Assembly: GCA_963663965.2 (NCBI GenBank)
Contig: CAXXFK010000042.1
Location: 32,001 to 96,000, forward strand
Reading direction: 5' to 3'
Source: Sedimentisphaerales bacterium
GTDB lineage: Bacteria; Planctomycetota; Phycisphaerae; Sedimentisphaerales; SM23-30
DNA length: 64,000 nucleotides
Of this stretch, positions 1 through 11,047 are shown piece after piece; position 1 is the stretch's first letter, and each line of letters opens with the position of its first letter. The notes under the pieces were generated by a model. It saw only the letters and a program-made list of their open reading frames with translations, did no database searches and had not been told where the DNA came from. The translations under genes were made by a program, and so were the position numbers.

Positions 1-1
1 C

Positions 2-940
2 CTGGACCAGTTTGCTAGTCGGGGATTGCGTTTTTCCATTGGTGCGTATGAAAATCTGATTGGCGGTGATCCGGAACAGCGGTTGATTAACCAGAATCAT
101 ATGCTGAAATTGATTCGTATGGCGCATCTGATGGGGGGTGATGCTAATGGTGTTCGGGTTGGAACATTTGTCGGTTATAACCATGAACTGAGCCATACCG
201 AAGGCGGCTTCGAGAAGAACCTGCTGGAATACCAGAAAGTATTTACGCCGATCATTCGTTATGCCGAAGATCTGGGAGTTACCGTTGTATACGAAAACTG
301 CCCGATGGAAGGCTGGCGATCTGCACGATTCAGCGCCACCTATAACAATCTGCCCTGTACCCTGGCCGCGCGTAAATTGATGTACGCCCTGATTCCCAGC
401 AAGGCGCATGGCGAGACTTATGATCCTTCGCACGATGTCTGGCAGCATACCGATCCGGTTGACGTGTTGCGTAATAGCGATCCGGCCCGCATCAAGATGA
501 TTCATATCAAAGCGACCCGTATGAGAAACTCAGTGGCCTCGGTTCATTGGGGCGGCATGTACCCGATGCAGCATGTCGATCCGGATCTGGCGGCCAAGGC
601 CGGTGTGCCGGTACCGGCTCACGACTGGGATCGCCATCATTACGAAGCCATGCTGCCGGGATTCGGCGGCAGTGACAGTATGGACTGGCGGGCCTTTCTC
701 AATCAACTGAAAGAAATGAAATTCGACGGTCCGTTCTGCATCGAAAACGAAGCCGAACTCTCTAAAGGCACTGGAAAGCTGGCCGCTATTCTACAGGGAT
801 TTAATGGAGCCGTTCATTGCGTCATGCCATTGATCTGGCCTTTGACGGATAAAGGATACTGTTACGATTCTTCCAGCCAAAAACCGCTGGGCCCGGCTGC
901 CGCCAAAGACATTCCGGTTGTTACCATGGCTGATTTGTAA
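2..940 (+). CDS. Sugar phosphate isomerase/epimerase family protein (xylose isomerase-like TIM barrel), 5'-truncated by the window edge
   Basis: Frame is open from position 2; metal-binding motifs YENCPM, YDPSH, HIK and IENE. Confidence 0.75.
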   Translation: MDQFASRGLRFSIGAYENLIGGDPEQRLINQNHMLKLIRMAHLMGGDANGVRVGTFVGYNHELSHTEGGFEKNLLEYQKVFTPIIRYAEDLGVTVVYENCPMEGWRSARFSATYNNLPCTLAARKLMYALIPSKAHGETYDPSHDVWQHTDPVDVLRNSDPARIKMIHIKATRMRNSVASVHWGGMYPMQHVDPDLAAKAGVPVPAHDWDRHHYEAMLPGFGGSDSMDWRAFLNQLKEMKFDGPFCIENEAELSKGTGKLAAILQGFNGAVHCVMPLIWPLTDKGYCYDSSSQKPLGPAAAKDIPVVTMADL

Positions 941-998
941 TCGAAACTACCTGTTTGAGTAATTAAAGCTATCCATTTAGACTCGATTGTCTGGACTT

Positions 999-3473
999 TC
1001 AGTCGAGTCTTTCAAATTCCAGACAGGTCAGAATGAAAGGACCAATGGCCTTGGGGTCATTGTCCCGGATCGGTTCACCGACATAATATTCATAAGAGCC
1101 ATCCCGATAGGGATTGCCTCCCAGGCCTGCTACTGAGCAGCAGTTGTGGATATCCACCCAGCCTCTGGCATCAACGGTAACCAGGGATTTCAGTATGCCG
1201 TCGTAACCTTTGCGAGCTACTTTGATGAAATTATTATCAAGGTAGCCTTTGCGGACAGCTTTGGCGATCGCATAAACAAACATGCAGGATGCGGTCGATT
1301 CCAGATAATTACCTTTTCGAGCACCCTGATCCAACACCTGATACCACAACCCGGTCTCAGTATCCTGGTATCGGGCCAGGGCATTGCTCATTTGCTTTAG
1401 AATATTAATGATGTCTCCTCGTTTTGGATGGTCGGTTGGCAGGTCATCCAGTACATCAACAATGGCCATGGCATACCAGCCCATGGCGCGGCCCCAGAAA
1501 TGGGGGGATTGTCCCGTATCGGGATTGGACCATTTCTGTTCGTGGCTTTCATCCCAGGCATGATAGAGCAAGCCGGTTTTGGAGTCGCGGGCGTGTTTGT
1601 TCATCAGGATGATCTGGTTGGCGACATCATCATATAGCGCCGGCTCATTGAACTGAGAGGCGTAATGCGCCAGGAACGGTGAGCCCATATACAGGCCGTC
1701 CAGCCACATCTGGTGCGGGTAGCGTTTTTTATGCCAGAAACCGCCTTCAGAAGTGCGGGGATGGTTTTTCATTTGCTGACGCAGAGTTATGATCGCCTGG
1801 CGATATTTTTCTTTTTTGGTCAGGTTGTACAATTCGAGCAACACGGAGCCAGGCTTGATCATGTCGATATTATATTGCTTGATATCGTAAGTCTGTATGG
1901 CGCCGTCATCATTGATCAGGGTGTCATAATAACCTTCGATATAGGCCAGTAGCGCCGGATCCTGATTGATTTTCCAGACATCCCACATGGCTTTGAATAC
2001 CAGACCATAGGTATAGGTCCATTTGGGTTTGTCGGAGAAGTCCAGGCTCCAATAGTCCGCATTGCGTTGCAGGACGGTCTGGGCCATCTTTGTGGACCAT
2101 AAGTCAGTAGAGGAATGATCTGAGCCGGCTGGCAATATCTGGAATCCTTCGACGGCTTCCGCCACGCCTTTTTCTGCTATCGAATCGAACGTACAGCCAG
2201 TTAATACTACATTCTGAATAGGGTTGTGAGCATAACCGCGCATATGCCAGGGGTATTTGCTTTTCAGACAATGGACATTGGTCATGAAGATGTTGCGGAC
2301 GGTTGGTTGAAATTTTCCAACATCACCTTCCTGATAATAGTAATTGATTTTAAGAGCGGCTTCTCGAACCTGTTTCATGGTGACGTTCCTCATAAATATA
2401 TTTTCGACGATGCCACCGCGAATGGAATTGGTTTTGATCCGCAAGCCCCGATCCAGGTTGGGGCTGTCCATCACACAATCTTCCACAAAGACGTTCCGGG
2501 CGCTGCCGGATATTTCGCTGCCGATGACCACTCCGCCGTGGCCGTCTTTCATGGTGCAGTTTCGGACGATGATATTTTCAGACGCGACATTCACCCGTCT
2601 GCCGTCCGCGTTGCGGCCGGATTTAATAGCAATGCAGTCATCGCCGGTATCGAAATAACAATCTTCAATTAAAATATCCTGACAAGATTCCGGGTCACAG
2701 CCATCATTGTTGGGCCCATGTCCTGCGACGGTGACATTGCGAATAGTAATATTGCGGCTTAGAACCGGATGAATATGCCACATAGGGCTGTTTTTTATGG
2801 TAACCCCTTCGATTAAGATATTCTGACAGCGATAGGGTTGGATCATGTTGGGACGCAGTTTATGGCCATTCCCATATTGCCGCTCGCTGACCGGAATGCC
2901 ATCTTCCGCTTGTTTGCATAATGCTGCTACGTCAGATTTCTGTGTCCATTTCCAGCGCCACCAGTTGGTATTGTTGGCATTGCCATCCAGAATGCCGCTG
3001 CCAGTGATGGCGATGTTTTCCTGTTCAAAGGCATAGATCAAGGGCGAAAAATTCCAGCATTCAGTGCCTTCAAACCGGGTATAGACCGGGGGCAGATAAT
3101 CGTCAGTGTTGGTAAAAAAGCTGATTAAGGCATCCTTGGTGATATGCAGATTGACATTGCTTTTTAAATGGATGGCTCCAGTGAGATAAATACCCTCCGG
3201 CACCACCACCCGGCCGCCACCGGCGGTATGGCAGGCTTCAATGGCTTTTTTAAAAGCCTCAGTACAATCCGTGTCGCCATTTCCTTTAGCACCATATTGG
3301 GTTACCAGGAAATCCTTATCTGGAAATCGGGGAGGAACGATCCGACGGGCTATCTCTGGCATTAAGGCCCAGCCTTCCGATTCGGTCATGGCCAGGCATT
3401 CTGATGATCCATTCAACCAGGCCGTCAGATAAGACACAATGAATGCAATTTTTACCGTTCTTGAAATATTCAT
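999..3473 (-). CDS. Secreted GH28 polygalacturonase-like domain fused to a GH105 (GH88/105) unsaturated rhamnogalacturonyl hydrolase
   Basis: N-terminal half has GH28 motifs NNDG-DP, GDDCIAIKSG, GHGG and RIKT; C-terminal half has GH105 motifs GGFWHK, WLDGLYM, WGRAMGW and YLESTAS; signal peptide. Confidence 0.9.
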   Translation of the reverse strand: MNISRTVKIAFIVSYLTAWLNGSSECLAMTESEGWALMPEIARRIVPPRFPDKDFLVTQYGAKGNGDTDCTEAFKKAIEACHTAGGGRVVVPEGIYLTGAIHLKSNVNLHITKDALISFFTNTDDYLPPVYTRFEGTECWNFSPLIYAFEQENIAITGSGILDGNANNTNWWRWKWTQKSDVAALCKQAEDGIPVSERQYGNGHKLRPNMIQPYRCQNILIEGVTIKNSPMWHIHPVLSRNITIRNVTVAGHGPNNDGCDPESCQDILIEDCYFDTGDDCIAIKSGRNADGRRVNVASENIIVRNCTMKDGHGGVVIGSEISGSARNVFVEDCVMDSPNLDRGLRIKTNSIRGGIVENIFMRNVTMKQVREAALKINYYYQEGDVGKFQPTVRNIFMTNVHCLKSKYPWHMRGYAHNPIQNVVLTGCTFDSIAEKGVAEAVEGFQILPAGSDHSSTDLWSTKMAQTVLQRNADYWSLDFSDKPKWTYTYGLVFKAMWDVWKINQDPALLAYIEGYYDTLINDDGAIQTYDIKQYNIDMIKPGSVLLELYNLTKKEKYRQAIITLRQQMKNHPRTSEGGFWHKKRYPHQMWLDGLYMGSPFLAHYASQFNEPALYDDVANQIILMNKHARDSKTGLLYHAWDESHEQKWSNPDTGQSPHFWGRAMGWYAMAIVDVLDDLPTDHPKRGDIINILKQMSNALARYQDTETGLWYQVLDQGARKGNYLESTASCMFVYAIAKAVRKGYLDNNFIKVARKGYDGILKSLVTVDARGWVDIHNCCSVAGLGGNPYRDGSYEYYVGEPIRDNDPKAIGPFILTCLEFERLD

Positions 3474-3563
3474 GCAACACCTCGCTAGTAAAGTAACAGT
3501 TCGAATTCTATTTTAGATTTTTATGTATTCTACCCGGATCATCTGGCTTGACAGGATACCACA

Positions 3564-5666
3564 TTATGGCATTCGTTTCAATCCTTCCCATTCAACGATC
3601 CAGTTGCCATTGTCGGGAAATCCCGGCGCATGGCCGGGCGGGGCGCCATCCCATCCCGCGGCCATCATGGCTACGGCGGTCAGCAGCCCACCATTGCCGG
3701 GCAGATAGAGTGGCAGATTTTCACGTTGATAATTATGGCCGTTAGGCCAGTACAGGTTCTTTTTTGATACGATAAAAAAGGCGTCTACTGCCAGTTCCCG
3801 TAATCCAGTACGAGCCGCGGTCATGGCCAGCATGGGATAATCCCACCCCCAGGTATCCGGCCAACTCCAGGTACGATAGGTGTCAAGGGCGGTCTGGCGC
3901 ATTACCGATTCATCCACTAACGGTGTTTTTGGCAGCAATCCCAGCGCAGCCAGCATGGAAGGATGGTCAGTGATGTTGGTGTATGGGGGCGGCTCGACAG
4001 CGCTATAGATCCCATTTTGAACTGGCAGTGATGATAAGTTGTCAATGATATGGTCCCAATCCTTTTGGCGGGCCAGACCCAAACGTTCACGCCATTGTTG
4101 CGCAGTATTAAGCCCCCACGACCAGTAACATAGTTCATAGGTTGGATTCCAGGTGATGGCGTATTTATAATTTTCCTGGGCGGGAATGACCGGCGGACCG
4201 AGGACGTACCGTTTTTGCTCCGCATCCCAATGGGAAAAATCGGCCATAAATTCAGCAGTTGAAAAAACGATATCCTGATATTGTTCTAATGTTGTTCGGG
4301 TTGGTTTCTCACGATAGATTAATTCGGCAAAATAAATCGGGTGCGGCTGCTGCCAGATTAATAATGGACCGATACCCGAAGGTGAATCTTCACCATTGGG
4401 ATTGGTCATTTTGGGCCAGCGTACACCCTGATATCCCTGGCGTCTGGCAATGGCGCGGGCGGCCGGCATAATGTCATGATACCATTCAATTCCTCGTTCG
4501 AGCATTTCCAACCGGTCCCAGAGAGCAAAATGGACACTATGCCACCAGTGCATTTCCAGATGGAATTTACCGAACCAGCTGTTACAGGTCAGGCCGGTTT
4601 CCTGAGGAGGATATTTCTGACCAGACTGGATGGCTGTCAAATATTGTGATAATACGATTCGACGCTCCAGTTCTTGCCAGCGGGGATCTTTGCTTTTGGA
4701 TAAATCAATCGCGCCACCGGTCATCCAGAATTGTTGCCAATGTTGAGAACAGAGGTTCTGGATATTCACTACCGGTTGGGCGGGCTGGTGAATAGTGTCC
4801 TCATTAAAAGAGATTGAACATTCAAAAATCGAATTTTGACTGTCTGGGATCAATTGATAATAATGATCTTCGATATATTTCAAATCGCTATTTTGATTTG
4901 CATTTAGCTGACAGTAATACTGTTTCTGATCCATGGTCCGTTCAAACAGAAATGAACCATCATTGTTTGAAACTAATCTGGTTTGATGTTTATCCGGTTT
5001 TGACCAATCTGCCGGATCGCGCCCCCAGGTACCGGCGGCGTAGGGAAATTTCAAGCTGATCAGGCAATCTCCAGTTCGGATCAGTTCCGATTCGATCCTG
5101 ATCGCAATCTGGTCGAGATAGGGATGTATACAGGTTTGCACCTTTACCTCTTTGCCATTGACTTTGAAATGACTGATGATCATTCCCTGCCAGAGATCGA
5201 GGATTTGATTAATATCAGTTAAATCTTCTGCTTCGGCTGGTTTACCATCGTTTTTTTTGAGTACTAAGCCGATCAATCCCAGGGTGATCTGGTGAGGATT
5301 GGCGCGCAAATAATCGCCGGCTGGTCCTTTTTGCTGAATATTATAGGGGACCGGCCGTCCGTAGGTATCTACATCGACAAACGTATCTTCCAATTTATAT
5401 TGGTTGGTGTTAGGAAAAGAATGCCAACCCCATTCAGCCATTGTGGTTAAAGGAATACCATCTTGATAGGCGGTTGGAAAGGATTGCAGGCCGGTGATAT
5501 CTACCGTATAGGCAAAGCGCCCGTTGCCAACGGAAAGTGGAGAGAACGAGTGAACTTTATCGATCTTGACTCGATGACGATTGACCAGGGCAAATCGATC
5601 GATGGCACCGTAAGTCAGCGTTGAAAGATAGTAGAGTGACAAACAGACACACACGATTTTTTTCAT
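3564..5666 (-). CDS. Secreted six-hairpin glycosidase (GH65/GH95-like)
   Basis: Likely start MKKIV with signal peptide; PLSVGNG, GKFHLEM and WGWDYP motifs. Confidence 0.65.
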   Translation of the reverse strand: MKKIVCVCLSLYYLSTLTYGAIDRFALVNRHRVKIDKVHSFSPLSVGNGRFAYTVDITGLQSFPTAYQDGIPLTTMAEWGWHSFPNTNQYKLEDTFVDVDTYGRPVPYNIQQKGPAGDYLRANPHQITLGLIGLVLKKNDGKPAEAEDLTDINQILDLWQGMIISHFKVNGKEVKVQTCIHPYLDQIAIRIESELIRTGDCLISLKFPYAAGTWGRDPADWSKPDKHQTRLVSNNDGSFLFERTMDQKQYYCQLNANQNSDLKYIEDHYYQLIPDSQNSIFECSISFNEDTIHQPAQPVVNIQNLCSQHWQQFWMTGGAIDLSKSKDPRWQELERRIVLSQYLTAIQSGQKYPPQETGLTCNSWFGKFHLEMHWWHSVHFALWDRLEMLERGIEWYHDIMPAARAIARRQGYQGVRWPKMTNPNGEDSPSGIGPLLIWQQPHPIYFAELIYREKPTRTTLEQYQDIVFSTAEFMADFSHWDAEQKRYVLGPPVIPAQENYKYAITWNPTYELCYWSWGLNTAQQWRERLGLARQKDWDHIIDNLSSLPVQNGIYSAVEPPPYTNITDHPSMLAALGLLPKTPLVDESVMRQTALDTYRTWSWPDTWGWDYPMLAMTAARTGLRELAVDAFFIVSKKNLYWPNGHNYQRENLPLYLPGNGGLLTAVAMMAAGWDGAPPGHAPGFPDNGNWIVEWEGLKRMP

Positions 5667-5777
5667 AGTATTCACCCATGAGTTTGCATACCAAGACTTA
5701 CATATCAACAGCAAAAAATGAAAAAGTGGTATTCAGTCCGGTACTGTTACAAGCTTATGTTAACTATATTAAAGGAC

Positions 5778-7319
5778 TTAATCTGAGTTCGCAACAAGAA
5801 TATATATCTTGCCTGACATTTTGTTACCATCGTTAACGGTGAAGGAAACCGTATCGATTCCAGTATAATCCCGGGTAGGCTGATATTTTATGGTATGCCC
5901 ATCAGCTTGTAGCTGGGCTGCACCTGAAGAGCAATCATCGATGGTATATTTCGCATCGGAATTAAATCCGTTGGTAAATTGATGTAAATCTATATTCAAA
6001 TATGAATTTTTTGGCGCGACAGCATGCCAGGATCCCAGCCAGTTCAGATAATCTTCCAGATTAGTATATCCGTTCTGATTTGTGTCTTGATTATGATCTG
6101 CTTGATTTGGATTTAATTCTGGAAAAGTTTTTTCCCAGAAATCAGGCATGCCATCCTGATCGGTATCTTGTGGAGTTTTACCGTTGTTCAGTGTGCCGGG
6201 ACCTTGAGTTGGGAGTTGAGATTCATCCGAAATAATTTTGCCTTCTTTACCCAGACTTTTAAGTTCGTTCAGCAGAAAATGGTCGACCTCATCGCGATTG
6301 GGTAAGGTGGCTCCGGCGCAAGACAGGATAACTTTGTATGCTGTTTCCGGATGATAAATGGTTTCGATGGGAGGATAGTCATAGGGTTGGGATTGCCATG
6401 ATACAATGCCATAATCCGCAGCAATAAGCGCCTGACCGTCCAGAGCTCCGTTTATGTTCGCATCGTAAAAATTCTGTTGGGCGAACAGATGGAAATTTTC
6501 GTTACCCCGACTGAAAGGGGGGCTCTGGCCGGATTCGGGACCGGCAATGTAGTAATTATTCAAAATATTGGCATGCGATTCGGCACTGGAATCGCCCAGA
6601 ATATAGCCGGCGGCCCGCCAGTTATAGATGATATTATTGATAAATTGATTGACACCTTTAACTTTTGGATTGCGTGTTTTGTTGTCAATATAGAGCGACC
6701 GCAGGATGCTGATACCACCCCAGTTTTGTATCAAGCCGCCACAGGAGTGAGTATCCAAACCCTGAGCGATTATGGAGTTCTGGATCGTGAAAAAACCATT
6801 TTCGCCACTGATAGAAAATGTTTCATCACGGCCCCATGATACTGAGACATGATCAAAGATCATTGGGCTGCCTTCAGCGATAGTAATGGCATCTTTACCT
6901 TTAGAACCATTTACTCCCATTCGAAATCGCATATAACGTACGATAGAGTGGTCTGCACTGGAAAAGGACAGACCATCGCCATAAATCGTAATTCCATCTC
7001 CGGGAGCGGTCTGGCCGGCGATCATGATATGATCAGCTACGACTATTCGGCTTTTGATGAGTATGATACCGCTGACATCAAAAACAACTATGCGATGGCT
7101 CTGGCTAACCGCATCCCGGAATGATCCCGGGCCGGAATCATTCAAATTGGTTACATGATAAACCGTTCCCCCGCGGCCGCCGGTAGCATTACAGCCAAAA
7201 CCTTCGGCTCCGGGAAAAGCCAGTGGGGCGGCGAAGGTGGGGTTTGTGAGTGAAAATAATGTCAGGGATGTCAGGAAACACGTCAATAACCAATGGTTTT
7301 TCGGGCCGGATGGTAACAT
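5778..7319 (-). CDS. Pectate lyase (PL1-like) with C-terminal Ig/cadherin-like domain
   Basis: AFPGAEGFG...TGGRGG..VYHVTNLNDSGPGSFR, DHVSVSWG-DE, RNP and DTDQDGMPD motifs. Confidence 0.85.
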   Translation of the reverse strand: MLPSGPKNHWLLTCFLTSLTLFSLTNPTFAAPLAFPGAEGFGCNATGGRGGTVYHVTNLNDSGPGSFRDAVSQSHRIVVFDVSGIILIKSRIVVADHIMIAGQTAPGDGITIYGDGLSFSSADHSIVRYMRFRMGVNGSKGKDAITIAEGSPMIFDHVSVSWGRDETFSISGENGFFTIQNSIIAQGLDTHSCGGLIQNWGGISILRSLYIDNKTRNPKVKGVNQFINNIIYNWRAAGYILGDSSAESHANILNNYYIAGPESGQSPPFSRGNENFHLFAQQNFYDANINGALDGQALIAADYGIVSWQSQPYDYPPIETIYHPETAYKVILSCAGATLPNRDEVDHFLLNELKSLGKEGKIISDESQLPTQGPGTLNNGKTPQDTDQDGMPDFWEKTFPELNPNQADHNQDTNQNGYTNLEDYLNWLGSWHAVAPKNSYLNIDLHQFTNGFNSDAKYTIDDCSSGAAQLQADGHTIKYQPTRDYTGIDTVSFTVNDGNKMSGKIYILVANSD

Positions 7320-7400
7320 TATTCATCTTCTTTCAGTCATGGGTGTTACGATTTATGACGCTCAGGTTGGGAATCAAGAATACGCATCGTTGCCGGGGCA

Positions 7401-9134
7401 TTACCATTGCAGGCGAATCAATGAAAGGCCCAGACGGGGCAAGTTAAAATTGAGTTCGGTACTACCGTTATTAACTTTAACTTTATCCGGGCCGGGCAGT
7501 TGCTGCAGTTCGGATGACTTGAGCAAAAGTTCGATTTGTTCGTGACTGGGTGGTTGCGGGGAACCCATTTTCAGCCAGGTTGTATAGGCATTACTAAATT
7601 GGTCGTCGATTCGGTAATGTGTGAGGCGGGCTTGTTTAATCTGGATGGGCAAGCGATTTATATCCAACACAATGTCAGCGGCCGGACCGGTTTCGCTGGA
7701 ATCGTGATAATGCCAGATTAAAATACTGACGGCCTGATCGCTACGAGTAGCGAACGCGTCAATATCTGGTTCGGAGCGAACACTGGATTTCATCAAGTCA
7801 TTGAGACTGTGGGCGGCTGTGCTGACAGCGGCAATCCGTTCGGTTTCGAGAAGACTGAACATGCGGAACGCGTTGAAAACAGGTTTAGGAACCTGGTTTG
7901 TGCTTAAACTTCGAAAACCGTCAAACCAGGGCTGATCGGGGAAGGTAAAAGCCCAGGTGACTCCGCCCATAATTCGAACGCCCCGGCGCTGTGCCAGTTC
8001 CTGTTTACGTAAGAAGGTGGCGGCGGTATAGACGGCGTATTGGGTGCCGTTGCGATAGCCATTTCCGGGATAAAGCCGAGCGGAACAGGCCGCGCAGCCA
8101 TCTGGATCGGATTCGCCAATGATGACCGGGATTCCTTCCAGTTCGGGATAAGAAGCGATAATTTCAAATCCGTGGTCCATGGTACGCAGATGGTTGCCGT
8201 GATTCATAATGACTTTGCCATCACGGTATTGGGTGCCGCCTTTGGTGTGAAACGCGATAAAATCAACTGGAGTACCTATATCGCCGGTCGCTTCATTTTT
8301 ACCGTGCAGGCAATGCTCTATGAATGCCCGTAACAGCCGGTCGGAACCGCCTCCATCCGGATTGGTGACGTGCGGACCACCCATACGAGCGCCGGGTAAG
8401 ACTTTTTTGATGGCAGTGGCGGTGTAATCATACAGTTTGATATATTCCTGCGGGGTACCACGCCAATAACCGATATTAGGTTCATTCCATAGTTCCCAGA
8501 GCCAACTTTCGGTTTCTTCCCGGCCGTAGCGTTCGACGCAATGCTGTGCCAACGCTTCAATTAACGCCTGCCATTTCTGATAATCTTTGGGTGGGTAAAA
8601 GGCACCGCCCTCGACCATGCCTTTGGGTTCACCACTGAAAACCTTTTTGGGGGTATAGTTTTCGGGGCGGCTGCTGAGGGCTTCGGGCATAAATCCCAGT
8701 TCGACCAGCGGTTTTAATCCGCGTTCATGCCAGGTGTCGAAAAGTTTATCGATGATGGTCCAGTCGTAAACTGGATTGCCGTTCTGGTCTTCGGTATAAA
8801 CATTGGTACTGCACCATTTAAGCGAGGTGGAACCATCGCCGCTGGTCAGGAGATGGTGGCAGCGAATATAAACCGGCTGGGGGCTCAATTGAGCAATTTC
8901 ATCCAGCAGCGCCAAGCCATCGGGAGAATAGGTGTAATTTGCCTCATCATATCCAATAAAACGCCAAACCGGTTCAACCGGTCCCATGGTACGGTCATAG
9001 TAGACTTGAATATTTACCGGTTCAATGGCTGAAGCTGAGATTGACCAAGTGACAATTGAGAAAAGGAGCAAAAGCAAAGAGCATTTAAGTCCCGATGATT
9101 TGATAATCATTCTGGATTGGGTTGGGTTGTTCAT
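7401..9134 (-). CDS. GH39 beta-xylosidase-like glycoside hydrolase
   Basis: WELWNEP acid/base motif; AGGAGA RBS upstream of the ATG at 9134; signal peptide. Confidence 0.85.
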   Translation of the reverse strand: MNNPTQSRMIIKSSGLKCSLLLLLFSIVTWSISASAIEPVNIQVYYDRTMGPVEPVWRFIGYDEANYTYSPDGLALLDEIAQLSPQPVYIRCHHLLTSGDGSTSLKWCSTNVYTEDQNGNPVYDWTIIDKLFDTWHERGLKPLVELGFMPEALSSRPENYTPKKVFSGEPKGMVEGGAFYPPKDYQKWQALIEALAQHCVERYGREETESWLWELWNEPNIGYWRGTPQEYIKLYDYTATAIKKVLPGARMGGPHVTNPDGGGSDRLLRAFIEHCLHGKNEATGDIGTPVDFIAFHTKGGTQYRDGKVIMNHGNHLRTMDHGFEIIASYPELEGIPVIIGESDPDGCAACSARLYPGNGYRNGTQYAVYTAATFLRKQELAQRRGVRIMGGVTWAFTFPDQPWFDGFRSLSTNQVPKPVFNAFRMFSLLETERIAAVSTAAHSLNDLMKSSVRSEPDIDAFATRSDQAVSILIWHYHDSSETGPAADIVLDINRLPIQIKQARLTHYRIDDQFSNAYTTWLKMGSPQPPSHEQIELLLKSSELQQLPGPDKVKVNNGSTELNFNLPRLGLSLIRLQW

Positions 9135-9193
9135 ATTCGATCTCCTATTTAGAGCATTAGGTACTCTTTGTGTTATATGATATCGATTGGGAA

Positions 9194-9547
9194 TCAACCT
9201 CCTGCTTTTTTGACTGTCCATCCCTTCTTTTGCAAGGTTTCCACCAGTTTGTCCCGATGTTCACCCTGAATCTCGATGACTCCATCTTTGACGGTACCAC
9301 CGCAACCACAGCGGGCTTTTAATTCGCCGGCCAGTATTTTCAGTTCCTCAAGCCCCAGCGGAACACCGGTGATGAGGGTAACTCCTTTACCTTTTCGTCC
9401 TTTAGTCTGGCGACTGACGCGGACAATACCATCGCCGGCAGGTGGTGCTAACTGATTCTGGCACCGGCATTGGGCCAGAGGTTGATTGCAACCGGGGCAC
9501 ATCCGGCCATGTTCAGTTGAATAAACCAGTCCGTTTGATTTTTTCAT
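9194..9547 (-). CDS. yciH: Translation initiation factor SUI1/YciH
   Basis: LVYST, KGRKGKGVT and CGCGGTVKDGVIEIQG motifs. Confidence 0.93.
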   Translation of the reverse strand: MKKSNGLVYSTEHGRMCPGCNQPLAQCRCQNQLAPPAGDGIVRVSRQTKGRKGKGVTLITGVPLGLEELKILAGELKARCGCGGTVKDGVIEIQGEHRDKLVETLQKKGWTVKKAGG

Positions 9548-9586
9548 ATTAGACCTGAAAATATTCTGGCAGTATGAACGAGAGTT

Positions 9587-10939
9587 TTACAGGTTATATT
9601 CTTTAATCTTACGATAAAGTGTCCGTTCGCCGATCCCGAGCATTTTGGCGGCCATTTCGCGGTTGCCATTGACCATTTCAAGGGTACGTTTGATGGCGGT
9701 TCGTTCCAGTTCGGTCAGATTGACTCCGGCCAGGTTACTCAGTTCGGTTTCAGTAGTATCGCTGGTCTGATAGATTTCGACCGGCAGGTCGGCGACATCG
9801 ATGATTTCTTTATCGGCCAGAACCACCATCATTTTTACGCTGTTGCGCAATTCGCGGACGTTGCCGGGCCAGTCATAATTTTTCAGGATGCGCATCGCCG
9901 TGGCGGAATAGCCTTTGACTTCGCGATTTTCGGTTTGGGCGAATTCGTGGAGAAAATGATCCAGCAGCATGGGGATATCTTCGCGTCTTTCGCGGAGTGG
10001 CGGGATCTCGATATTGACGCCGCGAATCCGGTAATAGAGATCCTGGCGGAAAGATTTTTCTTCGATCATCGTTTCCAGATCCTGGTTGGTAGCGCTGATA
10101 ATGCGGACATCGACTTTATGGCCGGTGGTACTGCCGACTGGGGTGACGATCTGATCTTCGAGCACGCGCAGCAGTTTGGCCTGCATGTTCATGGGCATGT
10201 CGCCAATTTCATCGAGGAAGAGAGTGCCGCCGTCGGCCATAGCGAAAAAGCCCTTACGGTCGGTCATGGCCCCGGTAAAGGCACCTTTGACATGGCCGAA
10301 GAGTTCACTTTCGAGGAGGGTGTCACTCAGGCCGGCACAGTTAACCGGTTGGAAGGGGCCGTTTTTTCGCGGGGAATTGTAATGGATGGCTTCGGCGAGC
10401 AGTTCTTTGCCGACTCCGCTTTCACCTTGAAGCAGGACGGTAACGGTTGAACTGGAAGCCCGGCGAAGCATATCCAGCACTTTGAGCATGCGTGATGAAT
10501 CGCCGATGACGCCGGCGAAGTCGAATTTTTCTTCCAGGCGCTGCTGCAGGCGATGGTTATCGCGTTGCAACTGGACTTTCTGGGCGGCGCGATTGACAGC
10601 GTCACGCAGGCGGCTCAGGTCGATGGGTTTTTCGATATAGTCATAGGCACCATCTCGAATAGCCTGTTTGCAGGTTTCGATAGAACTGTGCGCGGTGATC
10701 AGGATGACTTCGCAGGGGCGGTCGCTTTTGACGACTTCATCTAAAACGACGAGCCCGTCGACCGGGCCACCCAGACGCAGGTCAGTGACTACAACAAATG
10801 GATCGCCCAGCCGGAAGATATCCATGCCTTCTTCGCCGCTGGTGGCGATCGTGATTTCGTAATCTCGTTCCATGGCCTCGGCCAAGGCGTCGGCATGGGC
10901 TTCTTCATCTTCGATAATTAAAACAGGTATTTTGCTCAT
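9587..10939 (-). CDS. Sigma-54-dependent response regulator (NtrC/AtoC family)
   Basis: REC domain, GESGVGKE Walker [15 protein letters not shown] and Fis-type HTH. Confidence 0.93.
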   Translation of the reverse strand: MSKIPVLIIEDEEAHADALAEAMERDYEITIATSGEEGMDIFRLGDPFVVVTDLRLGGPVDGLVVLDEVVKSDRPCEVILITAHSSIETCKQAIRDGAYDYIEKPIDLSRLRDAVNRAAQKVQLQRDNHRLQQRLEEKFDFAGVIGDSSRMLKVLDMLRRASSSTVTVLLQGESGVGKELLAEAIHYNSPRKNGPFQPVNCAGLSDTLLESELFGHVKGAFTGAMTDRKGFFAMADGGTLFLDEIGDMPMNMQAKLLRVLEDQIVTPVGSTTGHKVDVRIISATNQDLETMIEEKSFRQDLYYRIRGVNIEIPPLRERREDIPMLLDHFLHEFAQTENREVKGYSATAMRILKNYDWPGNVRELRNSVKMMVVLADKEIIDVADLPVEIYQTSDTTETELSNLAGVNLTELERTAIKRTLEMVNGNREMAAKMLGIGERTLYRKIKEYNL

Positions 10940-11047
10940 GACGGAACACTGTATCGATTCGCCGGGTAAATTGCAAGGAAAGACTGCCAAAATGACAGAA
11001 TTTTGGTAAAGTTGTGGTAAAAAATGAAGTTATGATCATGGAATTGG